64,000 nucleotides of DNA from positions 992,001 through 1,056,000 of the forward strand of contig CAXXLF010000001.1 of the NCBI GenBank assembly GCA_963664015.2, read 5' to 3'. The position numbers and the translations under genes are program-made. This document shows, in pieces, positions 59,345-64,000 of this stretch; within the stretch, counting starts at the first letter, position 1, and each line of letters begins with the position of its first letter. The stretch is from Candidatus Binatia bacterium. Its GTDB lineage: Bacteria; Desulfobacterota; Binatia; UBA9968; CAXXLF01. The notes under the pieces were generated by a model. That model worked only from the letters and a program-made list of their open reading frames with translations. It was not told the origin of the DNA and did no database searches.

Positions 59345-59740
59345 ACGGAGCAAGCCCGACACCTGGCACATCCTCACCACCCTAAACTCTACCCTGTGAG
59401 CTCCTTGGCAAAGTACGCTGCGGCCTTTTTTAATATATCTCGCCCCTCCGTTACCCGATCTAACTCCCGCTTTAACCGCCCCACCTCATCGTTGCCTCTT
59501 CCCCGGCCTATTCCTGGAAACACTGCCGATCCGTTTTTTCTCACCTGCTCCTGCCACTTTTACAATCGATTACACGGCACTCCGAGTTCCCGGGCAATCT
59601 CCACTGCCGGCCGCCCGCCTCCAGCAGTCGAATAGCTTCTAACTTAAACTCCTTAGTAAATCGCCTTCGCTTACCCATCGAGCACCTCCTGCGGGGATCT
59701 TGTCCCCTTTTTGGGTGTCCGTCAAACCCGGGCCACCTCA
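59345..59740 (-). mobile_element. IS3-family remnant (left IR, broken orfA, start of orfB)
   Basis: IRL TGAGGTGGCCCGGGTTTGACGGACACC at 59740; AGGAGG RBS; MGKRRRFTKEFKLEAIRL / VEIARELGV..NRL*KW..ELDRVTEGRDILKKAAAYFAKE; stop at 59560-59562 plus a frameshift. Confidence 0.85.
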
Positions 59741-59825
59741 GGGTGGCCTTATTGCTATTTGCGCCGTAGGGCACCCATGAACTGTGAGATCACCGATCAA
59801 TCGCCGACACATTATAACCCTTCAG

Positions 59826-59870
59826 AAAAAATAGACACCGGAGGCACGATGCCTAGACCCGGTGTCTATT
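59826..59870 (-). terminator. strong hairpin with U-tract on the minus strand
   Basis: AATAGACACCGG (59830-59841) / CCGGTGTCTATT (59859-59870) with inner AGGCA/TGCCT stem; A-run at 59826-59831. Confidence 0.5.
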
Positions 59871-60012
59871 CTCGTAGAAGTCACCTGCAAATAATTAAAA
59901 ATAGTTAGTAAGGTTGCGTTATCAATAACTGCGGAGGCACATGACGGCTTGACTTCAAAGGGCCGTAAGCGCTATGCCACTATCGTAAGACTAGACCGCG
60001 CAAGGAGACACC

Positions 60013-61152
60013 ATGGCAAACGAGCCCGATTTCAAACAGATGCAAAAGGACCGGGTCAAACAGCTTCAGGCGGTCATGAAGGACCAGGGATTCGGGGGGC
60101 TGTTCCTGGCGGAAGGTGCCAACGTACGCTACCTGACCAACGTCAAATTACCAGGCGGATCCGTATTTGTCCCCCGTGAAGGCGAGCCGATTCTATACTC
60201 CAGGTCCCGCGACATGGGCTACGTGAAGCGTGACTACGCCAATGTCCGCCCTGCCCTTCGTGCCAGCAACGCTACGGGCCCCGAACTGGCCGGGAAGGCA
60301 GCACGGTGGGCCAGGGATATCAAAGAAACGATAAAAGAATTCGGTATCGAGGGGGAAAGCCTGGGGGTGGATCCGCTGGACGTCGTCTCAATCGACGCCC
60401 TTGCGGAACTTGGGATGAACGTTGTCGATGGCCGCCATGCCATATCCACAGCCAAGCGGGTCAAAACCAACGACGAAGTGAAATGCTTCCGTATCATGGG
60501 GCACTGGTATCAGGACATCATGAACGGGTTTCGAAAAGCGATCAAACCGGGCGTTCGCGAGACCGAGCTGACCGCCGTGGTCCACTACGAAGCGGTTCGC
60601 AAGGGGGCTGAGGAAATCTTCCAGCTCAACGTCTGCTCGGGGGAGAATATGAACCCATGGCGCCGCTGGCCAACCGAACGGGAGGTCAAGCCGGAGGAGT
60701 TCGTCGGTATCGACCTGCACCTGGTCGGGCCAGGCGGCTGCTGGACCGACGTCTCACGGACCTATTACTGCGGCAATAATCCGACCAAGGAACAAAAGGA
60801 ACTCTATCGCATCGCCCACGACTACCTGCAGGGAATGATCGCGCTGCTTAAACCGGGGGAGAGAATCGACCACGTCATCGCCAATGCGCCCAAGATTCCG
60901 GAGAAATACCGCGAGCTTTTAGACAACTACTCCATCGCCCACTCGGACGCCATGCGCCCCCATGAATACCCGCGCATCGAGAGGGACAAACCGGTCACGG
61001 ATGTCCTGGAACCCAACATGGTCTTTTCCGTGGAAACCTATTTTAGTGAGCCGGGGCAAAAGGACACGGTCAAGCTAGAAGAACTCGTAGCGGTTACCGA
61101 GAAAGATCCCGAGGTCCTATCCAATGCGCCTTTCGATGAGCTGTTTGTCTAA
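60013..61152 (+). CDS. M24 family (Xaa-Pro aminopeptidase/creatinase fold) hydrolase
   Basis: NVRYLT, KT.DEV, IDLH, TDVSRT, H..(x)..HEYP, LEPNMVFSVETY, VKLEE. Confidence 0.85.
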   Translation: MANEPDFKQMQKDRVKQLQAVMKDQGFGGLFLAEGANVRYLTNVKLPGGSVFVPREGEPILYSRSRDMGYVKRDYANVRPALRASNATGPELAGKAARWARDIKETIKEFGIEGESLGVDPLDVVSIDALAELGMNVVDGRHAISTAKRVKTNDEVKCFRIMGHWYQDIMNGFRKAIKPGVRETELTAVVHYEAVRKGAEEIFQLNVCSGENMNPWRRWPTEREVKPEEFVGIDLHLVGPGGCWTDVSRTYYCGNNPTKEQKELYRIAHDYLQGMIALLKPGERIDHVIANAPKIPEKYRELLDNYSIAHSDAMRPHEYPRIERDKPVTDVLEPNMVFSVETYFSEPGQKDTVKLEELVAVTEKDPEVLSNAPFDELFV

Positions 61153-61161
61153 GGATTTATC

Positions 61162-62193
61162 TTAATCACAGTAGGCTTCGCCTTGCTGCGTGACAACATG
61201 CCCCAGGTTCTCCATCGCCGGTCGCGACGTGTGAACCAAGAACCTGGCCGGTTCATCCCCTGTATTGAAGTGCTGGTGCCACCCAAACATGGGGATTGAA
61301 AATGCATCACCGGCCTTCCAATCGTAGCGCCGGTCTTCAATGATGCTGTAGCCTTTCCCGGACAGAACGAACTCGATTTCCTCATACAGGTGACGATGGG
61401 CCCCTGATTTTTCCCCGGGGAGGATCTCGGCCATCAGGGTAGACATCTGCTTGACATGAAATCCAAGGCGCGGATCCACGATATGCGAGACATGCCCCAT
61501 GCGTGTTTCGTTAAACTGGACATCCTTCGCTTTGACCATCACCTTGCCTTCACGGCGTTTCATTTCCTCATTGGCGGCAAAATAGAGCTGCTCTTCATAG
61601 AGCCGGGAATCCAATCCATCGCTGGTTTGTGTCCGCGGAGGAGGAGTCACGGGTGGCGGGACCTCGGAGCCCCCCGGGACCAGTCCCTTCATGGCCTCTT
61701 CGCTCTTCTGGGCAAAGACCCAGTACTCGGGATACTTCTCATCCTCATACACGGCCACACCAAGGGCACGAGACAAGTGTTGCGTGGTGCAGGCCATGTA
61801 GTGCATCTCCTGGTCGCTCTCGTTAACATGGCGGTGCCAGGCAAAATAGGGCACGCAGATAAAATCCCCGGGCGCCCAATCGTAGCGTTTGCCGTCAACG
61901 ATGCTGTACCCATGCCCTTGCTTGATATAGATAACCGCCTCGACGGTGTGGCGATGCCCCAGCGTCTTCCAACCCATCCCCTCCTGCTCTTCCGCGTTGA
62001 TCTTGTTGATCCACATGCGGATGATCCGATTGTTGAACCCCAGCTTGGGGTCCACGATGAGAGTGGCACGCCACTGTTCGGTGAATCGGGAAGCGATATC
62101 CTCGGCCGTCGTTTGTACGGGAGCGTTTTTTCTCTTCTCCAGTTCGTCTTTAGCGAAAAAAACATACTCCCTCTCGGGTTTACTTTCAGCCAT
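61162..62193 (-). CDS. bicupin, gentisate 1,2-dioxygenase-like fold
   Basis: Two cupin modules: GHRHTVEAVIYIKQGHG..WHRH and GAHRHLYEEIEFVLSGKG..WHQH. Confidence 0.8.
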   Translation of the reverse strand: MAESKPEREYVFFAKDELEKRKNAPVQTTAEDIASRFTEQWRATLIVDPKLGFNNRIIRMWINKINAEEQEGMGWKTLGHRHTVEAVIYIKQGHGYSIVDGKRYDWAPGDFICVPYFAWHRHVNESDQEMHYMACTTQHLSRALGVAVYEDEKYPEYWVFAQKSEEAMKGLVPGGSEVPPPVTPPPRTQTSDGLDSRLYEEQLYFAANEEMKRREGKVMVKAKDVQFNETRMGHVSHIVDPRLGFHVKQMSTLMAEILPGEKSGAHRHLYEEIEFVLSGKGYSIIEDRRYDWKAGDAFSIPMFGWHQHFNTGDEPARFLVHTSRPAMENLGHVVTQQGEAYCD

Positions 62194-62214
62194 ACTTATC
62201 TCCAATTCGGTTGA

Positions 62215-62919
62215 TTATTGCCTAACTCCGGCCCTTTTGACGGGTTGTCCGCCCTTGATGCTACCCATGGAAGTGCTTTTGCCCGATGAGACCGGTTTCA
62301 TCTCGCCCAGGTAAGACCGAACCTGTGCGGTCGGTCTTACGTCGGCGTATTTCTGAGCCAATACGGCAAGCGTCACATCGTGCCACAGGGGTTCCCGGTC
62401 GAAAACACACTCTTCCGGAATGACTACGTGATAGTTATGGGACGAAGCATCCGCCGCACTTGTACGAACGCACCCGCTGGTCGATGTTCCCGCGAGGATT
62501 AAAGTGTCAATCCGGTGAAAGACGAGAAAGCTCACCAGAGGGGTGCCGAAAAAGGCGCTGGCACGGTACTTATCGATGACAAGGTCGCCATCTTCGGGTG
62601 AAAGCTCCTCCACCACGGTACTCATCCGGGATGCATCCCCCGTCGCTTGCAGATCGGTATGTTTCCTTCCCAGCCCCTTCAACTCGTTTTTAATTCGTTT
62701 CAATGGCGCCGACCGTGTATAAATTACCGGGACACCGGCCTGCCGTGCTTCCGGTAGAAGATCCTTCAACTTGGACACGGCTTTCCATCCCGCTTCGGCC
62801 CCATACCCCAGGTGCGAAGAAGGGTCGAAATAGGCATAGGTCATGTCGATCACGAGGATGGCAGGGCTCACTCCAAAACCCATTTCGTTGTTCTTACTTT
62901 CGCCGTTGACCTTTGCCAT
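62215..62919 (-). CDS. isochorismatase-family amidohydrolase (maleamate amidohydrolase NicF/CSHase-like)
   Basis: MGFG..PAILVIDM, K..ASAFFGT, GTSTSGCVR (D-K-C triad), KYADV. Confidence 0.85.
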   Translation of the reverse strand: MAKVNGESKNNEMGFGVSPAILVIDMTYAYFDPSSHLGYGAEAGWKAVSKLKDLLPEARQAGVPVIYTRSAPLKRIKNELKGLGRKHTDLQATGDASRMSTVVEELSPEDGDLVIDKYRASAFFGTPLVSFLVFHRIDTLILAGTSTSGCVRTSAADASSHNYHVVIPEECVFDREPLWHDVTLAVLAQKYADVRPTAQVRSYLGEMKPVSSGKSTSMGSIKGGQPVKRAGVRQ

Positions 62920-62954
62920 AGACTACTCCCCTTTCAACCGATCCGAGCACTCCA

Positions 62955-64000
62955 TCAAGCAACCCGTTGAGACTGCATCGCCAAGCCGTTTAGTATTTTT
63001 TCCGCAGTAACGGGGAGTTCCGTGATTCGGACACCCGTTGCATCGTAGACCGCATTCGCAATGGCGGGAGCCACCAGACCGATTCCGCATTCCGCGACGG
63101 CCTTGGCTCCGAAAGGACCCGGCCCTTCATTAGCGGGCACACGAGAGGTCGTCATAACGGGTATGTCGCGAACCGTGGGAATCTTATAATCGCCAAAACT
63201 CGTCGTCATTACCCGACCCTCCTCAACGGCCAGGTGCTCTGACATAGTAAAGCCGAACCCCTGCATCACCGCGCCTTCGATCTGGCCCTGATAGATAACC
63301 GGGTTGATGATCTTGGTCACATCGTGAGCCAGGTTGAGCCGGCGAACCGTTACCTGGCCGGTTTCACTATCCACCTCCACCTCGGCCACCATAGCCTGGA
63401 AGGCATAGACATGAGGCTCCTCCGCCTTGCAATGACCGTAACTGTTGGGGAGATCACCTGCTGACTGGTGGGCGATTTCAGACAAACTCAGAGACTTTTT
63501 CTTGCCTCCGGTGAGTACCGCCTTTCCACGCTCCCACCCTACCCGGTTTTTTTCCACACCCCAGTGGCTAGCTGCCTTATCACGCAAAATATCGATGAGC
63601 GCCTCGGTGGTTCGCTGAACGGCTTGCCCTTCCACGTGGGTACCTCTCTGGCCTCTCACTCCTTCATCGTAGGGCCCTGTGTCCGTTCCGCCAACTGCCA
63701 CTTGCACCAAATCCGGATCTACTCCAAGAACCTCCGCAACCACCTGTCTGTGCATCGTGTAGGCACCAACCCCAACGTCCCGAACCGCAGTGGCCAACCG
63801 GAGGGACCCATCGGGCTCCAAGAACAACTTGGCACTGGACTCACCAGTCCCGATATGACGGTCCCCGAGACTGATCCCACGGCCCACAAGAACCCTGGGC
63901 CGCTCCATACCCAACTTGGCTTTGGGTTTTTTCCATCGGGAAACCTCGCCCGCCCGTTGCAATACTTGCAGGGCACAAGGATCGCGAAGAGGCTTCCCAT
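62955..64000 (-). CDS. xanthine dehydrogenase-family molybdopterin-binding large subunit (5' part beyond window)
   Basis: DTD..PYD, AEVEVD.ETGQV, IINP..GQIEGAVMQG, DYKIPT, GPFGAKAVAE; frame open to base 64000. Confidence 0.9.
   Translation of the reverse strand, partial: GKPLRDPCALQVLQRAGEVSRWKKPKAKLGMERPRVLVGRGISLGDRHIGTGESSAKLFLEPDGSLRLATAVRDVGVGAYTMHRQVVAEVLGVDPDLVQVAVGGTDTGPYDEGVRGQRGTHVEGQAVQRTTEALIDILRDKAASHWGVEKNRVGWERGKAVLTGGKKKSLSLSEIAHQSAGDLPNSYGHCKAEEPHVYAFQAMVAEVEVDSETGQVTVRRLNLAHDVTKIINPVIYQGQIEGAVMQGFGFTMSEHLAVEEGRVMTTSFGDYKIPTVRDIPVMTTSRVPANEGPGPFGAKAVAECGIGLVAPAIANAVYDATGVRITELPVTAEKILNGLAMQSQRVA

Noticed and set aside
59731-59748. Palindrome GGCCACC-TCAG-GGTGGCC at the IS3 end as an IRR-IRL circle junction
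   Set aside because: The outer half matches only 7 bp and lacks the terminal TG/CA; insufficient evidence
1-64000. CRISPR array, rRNA, prophage structural genes, defence systems
   Set aside because: No regularly spaced repeat-spacer array or recognisable motifs found by eye

Overview
Bacterial chromosomal window. The gene style resembles Deltaproteobacteria-like lineages, possibly Candidatus Binatia (inferred from the many Rieske oxygenases, cupins, Mo-hydroxylases and FbpB-type ABC modules; not proven). Layout: (1) 1-18.7 kb accessory catabolic/redox region with an SDR, two MFS transporters, a tandemly repeated Rieske oxygenase + beta-hydroxyacid dehydrogenase unit with a cupin, a heme-oxygenase-like diiron protein, an orphan CoxM/CoxS-like pair, alkaline phosphatase-pcs-GST, an unannotated UGA-containing (selenocysteine) glutaredoxin with a SECIS-like hairpin, a radical SAM pseudogene, and two convergent envelope genes with sigma54-like promoters; (2) 18.7-48.3 kb conserved core (truA, asd, leuB, leuA, pssA, psd, ilvC/N/B, tsaB, rseP, dxr, cdsA, uppS, frr, pyrH, tsf, rpsB, rho, rluD-like, ribF, tol-pal, pgk, tpiA, secG, tRNA-Leu); (3) a decayed ~6 kb island integrated at the tRNA-Leu(GAG) anticodon loop, carrying a ring-hydroxylating dioxygenase and an ABC importer, with its right att repeat abutted by an inverted-repeat-flanked HUH (Y1) transposase pseudogene; (4) yggT/yggS, Slt-TPR, a PuuD-like hydrolase, an IS3 remnant, and a Mo-hydroxylase/amidohydrolase/bicupin cluster with a convergent M24 hydrolase running off the end. 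No CRISPR array or rRNA seen. All protein calls rest on motif recognition by eye; no database search was run.
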